Part shown: positions 29,084-39,021 of the stretch, piece after piece
Position numbering within the stretch: the stretch's first letter is position 1
Layout: each line of letters opens with the position of its first letter
Assembly (NCBI GenBank): GCA_963837215.1
Contig: CAWIML010000009.1
Coordinates: 295,058-359,057 of the forward strand
Direction: 5' to 3'
Length of the DNA stretch: 64,000 nt
Source of the DNA: an uncultured Chloroflexia bacterium
GTDB lineage: Bacteria; Chloroflexota; Limnocylindria; Limnocylindrales; CSP1-4
Program-made: the position numbers and the translations under genes
The notes under the pieces: generated by a model
Databases searched by the model: none
The model's input: the letters and a program-made list of their open reading frames with translations, nothing else
Told to the model about the DNA's origin: nothing

Positions 29084-32000
29084 TCAGGCCTCGACGGGGG
29101 TCGACGTCGTCGAGCCGCTTCGGGCCCTGGCGGTCGACGGACGGGCGAGCTCCGCATCGAGGCGCCCGAGGTACGGCTTGGCGCCGACCGACTCGAAGAT
29201 GGCCCGAGCGTCCTCGCCGGCGGCGCGAGCCTCGGACACCTGCGGTCCGACCGCATGGATGAAGGTCAGCCCGCACATGGCCTGCTCGAAACCGGCGCCG
29301 ACCTCCGCAAATCCGCGAAGCGCTGCGACGTAGCCGTTGTTCGCTTCGGCGATGTCGCCTTCGAGTGCGCTCAGGCTGGCGTGCGCCTCGAGTCGGCTGG
29401 CCTTCGCGAAGAGCGTGACGTCGGGGTCGGCATCCAGCCGCTCCATCGCTGTCCGTAACGCCGACCGAGTCGCCCAGCCAGGTCGCCGAGCGCACCGCCA
29501 GCGCAAGGAGGTAGGACGCGAGCGTGGGTGACGCCGCGACGCTGCGAAGGTAGGCGTCGTACGCCTCCGCGTAGGCACCGAGGCTGAAGGCGAGGTCGCC
29601 GCGCAGCCAGTCCATGACCGCCTGATAGAACGGGTCGGCCAGATCGGCGAGCAATGACTCGAGCCGATGCAGCTGGTCGTCGATCGGTTCGCCCCGGGCG
29701 ATGCGGAAGAGCAGAGCGATGCTCAAGGCGCGATGCTCGTCGGCCGGTTCGGACGTCTCGTCGATGATCGCCTGCACCCGACCCAGCGCGAGGTCCCATT
29801 CGATGCCAGCCGAGTACCGGTAGTAGGCGGAGGAGCCGATCAGCCAGGTCGTCATCGGACGATTGCCGGACCGCTGGCCGAGCTCGATGCCGGCCTCGGC
29901 CTCGGCGAGGCCGCGCATCAGGTCATCGCCGGTGAGTGAACTCGCAAGGTTGTTGCGGGCGCGAAGCTCGGCGGCCAGGAAGCCGCCCTGTTGGGCCGTC
30001 CGGACGGCGGCTTCATGGATCGCCACGGCTTCGCGGCGCCGGCCGACATAGCTGAGCGCCGAGGCCTTGTTGTTGAAGGCTTCCGCGATGAGCTCCTCGA
30101 GGTCGAGCCGCTCGGCGATGGGGAGGGCCTGGTCGGCGACTTCGATCGCACGCGCCGGCTGGTCGTTGCGGAAGAGGGCCCGCGAAAGGTTGGTCAGGAT
30201 CGTGGCTCGGACGTCCTCATGGCCGCCAGCGGGCAGAGCCTTCAGGCCGGCCTCGAGTACGGGCACTGCGTCGCCGACTCGGCCGGCATCGATGAGCGTC
30301 TGCCCGAGTTGCGCGCTCGCGCGTCCTGCACCCGCGGCGTCTCCAGATCCGTCGTACCGCTCGAGCGCCTGCCGCGCGAACGCCTCCGACCGCTCGTAGT
30401 GCCCGGCGAAGTCCGCCGAGCGCGCGCTCTGGAGCAGCAACTCCGCCTGCTCCATCGGGTCCGTGGTGACCTGCAGCGCTTGCTGGGCGAAGGCGACAGC
30501 CTGGTCATGGGCACCAAGGCCTTCAGAGCGTTCGGCGGCGCCACGAAGGGCGAGCCGCGCCTGGGCGGCGACCGTGTCGGCCTCTTCGCCCGGCGTCGAG
30601 GCCTCGAAGGCGGCCAGGTAGTGGCCCGCCTGCACGCCCGCCAGCTCGTCCTCGCCGATCGACTCGATGAAACGTGCCGCGGCGATGTGGCGTGCGCGGC
30701 GGTCGCGGCGACCGAGCGTGCCGTAGGCGACCTCGCGGATGAGCGACTGGACGAACCCGTACTGGCCACGCTCCGGCGATCGGGGGTCGGATTCGACCTC
30801 GAGCAACTCCCGACGGACAAGGGCGCGCAGTCGCGGCTCGAGCTCCTCAGGGCCGGCGCCGTTGACGGCTGTCAGACCGGCCAGCGTGAAGACCTGCCCG
30901 AGCACCGACGCGTCCTGCAGGATGGTGCGATCGACGGGCTCGAGCGCGTCGAGGCGGGAGGCGATCAGCGACCGCAGCGTCTCGGGAATGGCCAGGGTCC
31001 CCAGGTCGCCGACCGGCCGGTAGCGGTCGTCGACACGCTCCAGGCGTCCGTCTGAGACGAGGGCGCGGACCGTCTCGACGGCGTACAGGGGCATGCCGTC
31101 AGCCCGCGCCAGGATCGCCTTGACGGCGCTCTCCGGGAGGCCGGGAACAAAACCCGCCAGGAGCTCGCGCATCGCCTGCGTCGGAGAGCGGCTCGAGGGC
31201 CAGCGACGTGAAGTGGCGCGTGCCCGATCCCCAGTCCGGCCGCCTGTCGAAGAGCTCGGGCCGGGCAAGGGTGACCACCAGGATCGGCACGCCCTTGGAC
31301 CATTCGAGCAGCTTGTCGATGAAGTCGAGCAGGCCGCTGTCGGCCCACTGGAGGTCCTCGAAGAGGAGGATGGTCGGCCCCCGCTCGGCGATGCGCTCGA
31401 AGAAGATGCGCCAGGCGGCGAACAGCATGTCCCGACCGCCTGGCGGGGGCGGTTCGAGGCCCAGGAGGGTCAGCAGCGCAGGCTCGACCCAGCGCTGGTC
31501 GTCGGCCCCCGGAACGTACTCGGCCACGGTGGCGGCGATGCGCTGGCGGGTCGTGGCCTCGTCGTCGGTCTCCGCCAGGCCCGCCCGCCGGCGGACCATC
31601 TCGCCCAGCGCCCAGAAGGTGATGCCCTCGCCGTATGCGGGTGAGCGCCCGCGGTGCCAGTAGACGTTCTCGAGGATGCCGTCGATGTACTTCTCGAGCT
31701 CCCAGGCCAGCCGGCTCTTGCCGATGCCGCCCGGCCCACTGATCGAGACGAGCCTGGCTCTGCGCTCGCGACCGACGGCGGCGAGGGCGTCCTTGAGCAG
31801 ACGGAACTCCTCGTCACGGCCGACGAACGGCGGTTCTGGCATGTCCGATCGCCCGTGGCCGCCGCGCTGGGCGACGACCCGTAACGCTCGCCATGCCTGG
31901 ACCGGGCTGGCCTTGCCCTTGAGGAGCTGGTCGCCGGCCTCTTCGAAGGCGATGGCCGACGAAGCAGCCCGCTGGGTCGCCTCGCCGACCAGGACGGTCC

Positions 32001-32685
32001 CGACCGGGGCCATCGATTGCAGGCGGGCTGCGGTGTTGACGAGGTCGCCTGCGACCATGCCCTCGCTCGTCGCGCCGAGTGTCACCGCAGCCTCGCCGGT
32101 CAGCACGCCGGCCCGCGCCTGGATGCCGGGCCCGAGCGCCTGGACCGCATCGACAAGATCGAGTGCGGCGCGGACGGCCCGCTCGGCGTCATCCTCCCGG
32201 GCCACGGGCGCGCCCCAGACGGCCATGACCGCGTCGCCGATGAACTTCTCGACGGTACCGCCGTATCGCCCGATGACGTCGCGCCCCAGATCGAAGTAGG
32301 CCGAGAGTGTCTCGCGGACCTCCTCCGCGTCGCGACCCTCGGCGAACGGTGTGAAGCCCACGAGGTCGGCGAAGAGGACGCTGACCAAACGCCGCTCCGC
32401 GACGGCAGGGCTCAGGCCCGCAGGTGCGCCTCTCGAAACACCCGGCGGAGCCGCACCGGCGCCGGGACCCGATGACCCGGTCAGCGGCGTGGCGCATTCG
32501 CTGCAGAACTTGGCGGTCGCGCCGTTGACCGTCCCGCACGCTGGACAGGCGACCGCGAGTCGTGTCGCGCACTCGGAACAGAACTTCGCCCCGACCGTGT
32601 TCTCCGTGCCGCAGTTCGAGCAGATCACCGATGACCTCGCAGCGTCCCCCAGACAACGGGGACGTGGATCGCGAGCGTACCCGAC
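29084..32685 (-). CDS. Giant signalling protein, paralogue 1 (~1200 aa): double zinc ribbon, class-III adenylyl/guanylyl cyclase domain, STAND/AAA ATPase (P-loop), TPR array. No LuxR HTH is visible. Two frame changes (~31180, ~29465).
   Basis: CSNCGTEN...CSEC...CPACG...CSEC ribbons. Cyclase motifs LVSVLFADLVGFT and GDAVMAVWGAP. P-loop ISGPGGIGKSRLA, Walker B ILLFEDLQWAD, then TPR-like helical repeats to the C-terminus. The pieces lie in ORFs 31099..33273, 28992..31268 and 29084..29578. Confidence 0.8.
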
Positions 32686-32761
32686 GTCGCCATGCGATGC
32701 GAGTGGTTCAGGCTCGCCCGAGGTGCACGGGCTGGCGCCAGCCCGTACCGGCACGATCGGC

Positions 32762-33685
32762 TCAGCCGACGAGCGACGTCGCCAGCCCCTTCCGTGCCAG
32801 GCGCTCCTCGAACCGCTGAGCGGCGACCTCGAGCGCGTCGAGGTGCTCGGCGAGACGCCGTCGTGCATCCTCGGCCGCGGCATCGAGACCTTCGAGCTCG
32901 AAGATCCGCCAGTGCCGGAGGATGGGCATGAGCACTTCGTCGCGGTGGACCCGGAGGTTGTAGATGCCGGCGGTCGCCATCTGCGCCGCCTTGCGCATGA
33001 AGCCCGGGATGCCGGCGCCCGGCATCTGGAACCGAAGGACCTCGTCGACGATGGCTCGCACCGTAGCCGACGGCTGCAGCTTGATGGCGGCCGAGAGCAC
33101 ATCGCGGTAGAAGACCATATGCAGGTTCTCGTCGGCCGCGATGCGGACCATGATCCTGTCCGCCACGGGGTCATTCGAGTAGCGGCCCGTGTTGCGGTGC
33201 GAGATCCGCGTCGCCAGCTCCTGGAACGCCACGTAGGCCAGCCCGTGAAGCGTGTCCGGCGCGCCGAGGTCATAGCCCTGTTGGAGCTGCGTCATGCGGC
33301 CACGCTCGAGCATCACGGGGTCGATGTTGCGGGTCACCGTCAGGTAATCGCGGAGGACGATGGCATGGCGACCCTCCTCTGCCGTCCAGCGCCCGACCCA
33401 GGTGATCCAGGCGCCGTCGCCGCGCCCGAACATGCCGTGGATCAGACGGTGGTAGCTGGGCAGGTTGTCCTCGGTCAGCAGGTTGACCTCGAAGGCAGTC
33501 TGGGCGACGCCGGTCAGGCGCGCCTGATCGGGCGTCCAAGGCTCGGTATCGAAGTCGCGACCCATGCGGTAGGGGATGAAGTCGTGCGGGAACCACTCGA
33601 CGGCGACGCCGAGGTGGCGATCCAGCAGCCGTCCAGCTTCGGGCTCGAGCTCGATCAGCAGGGCGGCCTCGTCGTAGTCGGGCAT
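32762..33685 (-). CDS. Acyl-ACP desaturase (DesA-like soluble di-iron fatty-acid desaturase, ferritin-like).
   Basis: The 307-aa C-terminal part of ORF 32762..35197, starting at MPDYDEAALLIELEP. Di-iron motifs EENRH-like (TEDNLPSYHRL, TAEEGRHAIVL, AADENLHMVFY). Confidence 0.85.
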   Translation of the reverse strand: MPDYDEAALLIELEPEAGRLLDRHLGVAVEWFPHDFIPYRMGRDFDTEPWTPDQARLTGVAQTAFEVNLLTEDNLPSYHRLIHGMFGRGDGAWITWVGRWTAEEGRHAIVLRDYLTVTRNIDPVMLERGRMTQLQQGYDLGAPDTLHGLAYVAFQELATRISHRNTGRYSNDPVADRIMVRIAADENLHMVFYRDVLSAAIKLQPSATVRAIVDEVLRFQMPGAGIPGFMRKAAQMATAGIYNLRVHRDEVLMPILRHWRIFELEGLDAAAEDARRRLAEHLDALEVAAQRFEERLARKGLATSLVG

Positions 33686-33848
33686 AACAGCCTCATGGGA
33701 TGTCCGGATGACCACGTCGGCGTTCGACGAGCGGCCGGACCGACCAAATGTACGCCTGAACGGGCCCGAGCGCCTCTGAGCGTGTGCAAGCCTGCATCGA
33801 GCGACCCGATCGGCGACCGGCAGGTCAGGCTCGCGCCGAGTCGCCCGG

Positions 33849-36800
33849 TCAGGTGCGCTCGCCGGCCTCGGCGATCGGTGCTGTCGATCTGCGGGGCGAG
33901 GTCGATCTCGTCGGAGACCCGGCGACCGCCGCGTCCAGCCAGGCCAGGTACGGGGCGGCGTCGACGCGCTCGAAGATCGAGCGTGCCTCGGCGACGAGAG
34001 CGGCGCCGACCACCTTCGCGCCCAGGATCCGGACCGTGTCGAGGATGGTCCGCGCGACATTGAAGTCGTGGCCGAACGTCCGGTACGTTGCGAGCACGTC
34101 GTGGAGCGCTGCCATCGCCTCCTCGACGCGGTCCTCGAGGGCCGCCAGCCAACCGCGGGCCCGCAGCCGCTCGATCCGCTGGGTGGGCGAGTCGGCAGTC
34201 GGCAGCGCATCGAGTTCGTCGACCAGGCGCCGGAGCTCATCGACATCTCGCAGTCGGACGGCGCTCGCCGACGCGTCCGCCAGTCCCCACGGGGCGTGGC
34301 CACTGAACCCGGCCGCCGTGCGGCGTTGCTCCGCCAGAGCCGTTCGGTCGTCCCCGGCCAGGATGGCGCGGTCGGCGAGCAACACGTGCACCTGGTTCGC
34401 CACCTGCGGATCACCGAGCTGCCTGGCGGCCAGCTTGACGCGCTCGAGCGTCTCGTCGCATGGATCGCCCCTCGCCATCTGTATCGCCGCCATGGCCGTG
34501 CGAATACCCACCTCGTCGCCCAGGCCACGTGCGTCGGCGATGGCGTCTGCCCCTTGCGCCAGCGCGGCATCCCAGTCGTCGGCGCCTGCCCAGCTCGCGG
34601 TGATGACGAACTGCAGCTGCCAGTTAGCCATCTGGCGATTGCCGTAGCGGCGCGCGATCTCGAGCGTCTCTCGGAACATCGACGTGGCGCGTTGGGGCTC
34701 GCGGTCCCAGAGCGTCGCGGCAAGGTTTGCCCGAGCCCGGAGCTCGGACGCGACGAAGCCACCGCGGGCAGCGATCTCGACCGCGGCCTGCTGCAGGGCG
34801 AGCCCTTCCTGGATGCGCCCGAGGTCGGCGAGTGAGGAGCCCTTGTTATTGAAGGCGTCAGCGATGAGCTGGTCGAGGCCGAGTCGTTCCGCGATCGGCA
34901 GACCCTGGTCGGCGGCGGCGACGGACTTGATCGGGTCGTCCATGCGCATGTAGCCTCGAGACAAGATGATCGCCAGGCGCGCGCGGGCCTCGTCGGGCGC
35001 CTCGGCCGGCAGTTCTGCGAAGGCGGGCTCGAGGATCTCGACGGCCGCCTCCGTCCTCGCCCCGTTGAGGAGCACTTCGCCCAGCCGGGCGGTCGCCCGC
35101 GCAACGTCGACGGCGTCGCCACCCTCGCGGAAGGCTTCGATGGCGTCCCGCGCCATGGCCTCTGCGAGCGAGTGGTCGCCGGCGTCCGAGGCGGCACTCG
35201 CCGCCATCTCGAGGAGCTGCCCGCGCTCGGCTGGCAGGCTGACGACGGTGAGGGCCTGCGTCAAGTAGGTCACGCCTTGGTCATTGGCGCCCAGGTCGAT
35301 AGCGCGTTCGGCGGCCGCCCGGAGTGCGATGCGCGCCTGCGCGCCGACCGCCTCGGCTTCCTCACCGGCGCTCGAGGCCTCATGGGCGGCGAGGTAGTGG
35401 CCGGCCAGCGCGCCGGCCAGCTCGTCGTCACCGAGCGCCTCGAAGTAGCGCGCTGCGGCAAGGTGCCGGGCTCGCCGGTCAGGACGGGCGAGGGTGCCGT
35501 AAGCGACTTCGCGGATGAGCGACTGGACGAAGCGGTACTGTCCCCGCTCCGGCGAACGAGGATCCGCCTCGACCTCGAGCAGCTCCCGACGTACCAGGCC
35601 GCGAAGGTGCGGCTCCAGGTCGTCGACAGACAGGTCCGCCGCCGGCCCGGTCGCGACGGCCGTCAGCCCGGCCACGGTGAACGCCCGGCCGAGCACCGAC
35701 GCGTCCTGGAGGAGAGCCCGGTCGACGCGTCTCGAGCGCGTCGAGGCGCGAGGCGATGAGCGACCGGAGCGTCTCCGGGATGGCCAGGGTGCCCAGCTCG
35801 CCGACTGGCCGATACGCGTCACCGACGCGCTCCAGGCGCCCGTCGGCGACGAGCGAGCGGACGGTTTCCACGGCGTAGAGCGGGACGCCATCGGCCCTGG
35901 CGAGGATCGTCGCGACCGCTGGCTCCGGCAACTCGGGAACGAAGCCGGCAAGCAGCTCGCGCATGGCCTCGGCCGAGAGCGGATCGAGGGCCATCGAGGT
36001 CGCGTGGCGGGTGCCCGTCCCCCAGTCCGGTCGGCGGTCGAAGAGCTCCGGCCGTGCCAGGGTCACGACCAGGATGGGCACGCCCTTGGACCACTCGAGG
36101 AGCTGCTCGATGAAGTCGAGCAGGCCGCTGTCGGCCCACTGGAGGTCCTCGAAGAGGAGGATGGTCGGCCCGCGCTCCGCGATGCGCTCGAAGAAGATGC
36201 GCCAGGCGGCGAAGAGGACGTCCCGGCCACCGGGCGGCGGCGGCTCGAGGCCCAGGAGGGTCAACATCGCGGGTTCGATCCAACGCTGGTCCTCGGCGTC
36301 GGGTACGAACTCGGCCACGGTCGACGAGATGCGCAGACGCGTCGACGCTTCGTCGTCGCCCTCTGCCAGGCCGGCCCGTCGTCGGACCATCTCGCCCAGC
36401 GCCCAGAAGGTGATGCCCTCGCCGTAGGACGGCGACCGCCCGCGGTGCCAGTAGATGTCCGCTGACACGCCGTCGATGTACTTCTCGAGCTCCCAGGCGA
36501 GGCGGCTCTTGCCGATGCCGCCTGGACCCGAGATGGACACCAGCCGCGGCCGTCGATCCCGGCCGATGGCGCTCACGGCGTCGCGGAGGATGCGGAAATC
36601 GTCCTCCCGCCCGACGAATGGCGGCTCCGGCATGTCCGAGCGCCCATACCCGCCCCGCTGGGCTACCACGCGCAGCGCCCGCCAGGCCGGGACCGGGCTC
36701 GTCTTGCCCTTGAGAAGCTGATCGCCGGCGGGCTCGAAGGCGATGGCGGCGGCGGCCGCGCGCTGGGTCGCCTCGCCGACGAGGACGCTGCCCGGCGGCG

Positions 36801-37472
36801 CGATCGACTGGAGGCGGCTGGCCGTATTGACCAGATCACCGGCGACCATGCCCTGATTGGTGGCACCGAGGGTGACCGCGGCTTCGCCGGTCAGGACACC
36901 GGCCCGCGCCTGGATACCGGGGCCGAGCGACCGGACGGCGTCGACGAGCTCGAGGGCCGGCGCGGACAGCGCGTTCCGCGTCGTCCTCGCGCGCGACCGG
37001 TGTGCCCCAGACGGCCATGACGGCGTCGCCGATGAACTTCTCCACCGTGCCGCCGTAGCGGCCGATGACGTCAGAGGCCAACTCGAAGTAGCGCGACAGC
37101 GTCTCGCGTACGTCCTCCGCGTCGCGCTCCTGGGCGAACGTCGTGAAGCCGATCAGATCGGCAAAGAGGACACTGACCAGACGGCGCTCCGCCACTGGGG
37201 TGGCCGACCCGGTGGGCGGTGCAGCGCCTCGACCGATGGCGGCCACGGACGGTTCGCTGCCGGCTACGTCGGCGTCGATGGGCGTGCCGCATTCGCTGCA
37301 GTACTTCGCAGTCGGCGCGTTCGCGGTGCCACAGGACGGACACAGCAGCGCGCATCTGCACGCCGCACTCGGAGCAGAACTTGGCACCGAGTGCGTTCTC
37401 CGTCCCGCAGTTGGCGCAATTCACCGACGGCCCTCCAGCAGTTGCCCGGATCGGATCGCGAGCGTACCCGAC
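33849..37472 (-). CDS. Giant signalling protein, paralogue 2 (zinc ribbons, adenylyl cyclase, STAND ATPase, TPR); at least three frame changes (~37345, ~36958, ~35737).
   Basis: Same architecture and roughly 70-80% protein identity to paralogue 1 (LVSVLFADLIGFT, GDAVMAVWGTP, ISGPGGIGKSRLA, ILLFEDLQWADSGLLDFIEQLLEWSKGVPILVVTLARPELFDRRPDWG). The pieces lie in ORFs 37071..37643, 36836..37387, 35479..36849 and 33849..35951. Confidence 0.8.
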
Positions 37473-37497
37473 GGCGGAGCTGGAGGGTAGGGCCGTG

Positions 37498-39021
37498 TCA
37501 TGCCTCGGCGTTGATCTCCCGGGTGCGCCGTGCCACGTACGCGTCGAGCGCTTCGCCCACGGCCGGGTCCATAGGTGGCGGCCGCGCCTCGGCCAGGAGC
37601 TGCTTCCAGATCCGATTGGCGCGCTGCGTCGCCGTCTGGGCACCGTCCTCCTGCCAGGTCTCGAAGTTGCGCCAGTCCGAGAGGAGCGGGCGGTAGAAGG
37701 CGGTCTCGTAGCGCGCCATCGTGTGGGCGGTCCCGAAGTGGTGCCCGCCTGGCCCGACCTCGGCCATCGCCTCGAGCCCGAGCGTGCCCTCGTCGACGAC
37801 CATCGGCTGCAGCACCTCGGCCATCATCTGCAGGATCTCGGCGTCGAGGATGAGCTTCTCGTAGGAGGCCGTCAGGCCGCCCTCCAACCAGCCGGCACCC
37901 TGATACAGGAGGTTGACGCCACCGAGGATGGCGCCCCAGACGGCCATCTCCGACTCGTAGGCTGCCTGGGCGTCGACGACGTTGGAGGCGGTCACGTTCG
38001 AGGAGCGCCAAGGGAGACCGTATCGGCGTGCCAGCTGTCCCGTTGCGAAGGCGGCCTTGACGTACTCGGGCGTGCCGAAGGCCGGGGCGCCGGAGCGCAT
38101 GTCCACGTTGGAGGTGAAGCCGCCATAGACGACCGGCGCACCCGGTCGGGCGAGCTGGGTCAGGGCGACCATGAAGAGCGCCTCGGCGTTCTGCTGGGCA
38201 AGGGCGCCGGCGAGGGTGGCCGGGGTCATGGCGCCCGCCAGCGTGAATGGCGTGGCGACCACAGCCTGGCCGTGGATGGCCATCTCGATGAGCCCGTCTG
38301 ACATCGGGCCGTCGAGGCGCAGCGGGGTATTGGAGTTGATGATCGTCATCAGGCTCGGCCGCTCGAGGAGCCCGTCGCGATCGACGCCCAAGGCGAGACA
38401 ACTCATCTCGATGGCGTCGTCGACCACGACGCGCCCGGAGCCCAGGCACTGCCACGACTTGTCGAGCTCGGCGATGAGGATGCGGTACATCTCGAGGTGC
38501 CGAGTGGACACCGGCAAGTCGGTCGGCTCGAGGGGACCGCCGCCCTCCTGGTGCACGATGTCAAGGGCGCCGATGAGCCGCACGTAGTCGCGGAAGTCGG
38601 CGGCGTTGCCGGCCCGACGCCCGCGGTCGAGGTCGGTCACGAAGGCCGGCCCCCCGACGGCCCCGAAGACGACGTCGGCACCGCCGAACGTCAAGGCGCG
38701 CGCCGGGTTGCGAGCGTGGAGCGTGAAGGTCGAAGGCGCGCGCGCGACCAGCGCCTCGACCTGCGCGCCCTCGAGTCGCACGCGCCGTACGGCCCGGTCC
38801 ACGCTGGCTCCCGTCGATGCCAGGAGGTCGAGGGCGCGGTCGCCCATGACCTCGAAGCCGATCTCCTCGAGGATCCGGAGGCTGGCCCGATGGATGGTCT
38901 CGACCTGTTCGGGATCGAGGATCTCCACCGGGCGAAATGGATTGACGAGTCGGCGCCATGGCGGTCGGGCGAGGCCCCCGGCCTCGCGCCGGCCGCGCCG
39001 GCGGGCGCCCTCAGCCGTCAC
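37498..39021 (-). CDS. MttB-superfamily methyltransferase (trimethylamine / glycine-betaine:corrinoid methyltransferase-like); non-pyrrolysine type.
   Basis: 507-aa TIM-barrel methyltransferase recognised along its full length (...GGGPLEPTDLPVSTRHLEMY..., ...FGTPEYVKAAFATGQLARRYGLPWRSSNV...). No in-frame amber codon. Confidence 0.85.
   Translation of the reverse strand: MTAEGARRRGRREAGGLARPPWRRLVNPFRPVEILDPEQVETIHRASLRILEEIGFEVMGDRALDLLASTGASVDRAVRRVRLEGAQVEALVARAPSTFTLHARNPARALTFGGADVVFGAVGGPAFVTDLDRGRRAGNAADFRDYVRLIGALDIVHQEGGGPLEPTDLPVSTRHLEMYRILIAELDKSWQCLGSGRVVVDDAIEMSCLALGVDRDGLLERPSLMTIINSNTPLRLDGPMSDGLIEMAIHGQAVVATPFTLAGAMTPATLAGALAQQNAEALFMVALTQLARPGAPVVYGGFTSNVDMRSGAPAFGTPEYVKAAFATGQLARRYGLPWRSSNVTASNVVDAQAAYESEMAVWGAILGGVNLLYQGAGWLEGGLTASYEKLILDAEILQMMAEVLQPMVVDEGTLGLEAMAEVGPGGHHFGTAHTMARYETAFYRPLLSDWRNFETWQEDGAQTATQRANRIWKQLLAEARPPPMDPAVGEALDAYVARRTREINAEA

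Noticed and set aside
33686-35197. N-terminal ~500 aa of the 811-aa ORF 32762..35197.
   Set aside because: Only the last 307 aa (from MPDYDEAALL) form a DesA-type desaturase with an RBS. The upstream part is Arg/Pro-rich read-through in the +1 frame of cyclase paralogue 2.
37498-39021. Possibility that the MttB homologue is a pyrrolysine-containing (amber read-through) methyltransferase.
   Set aside because: The ORF is uninterrupted over 507 codons with no in-frame TAG, and no pyl genes are seen in the window.
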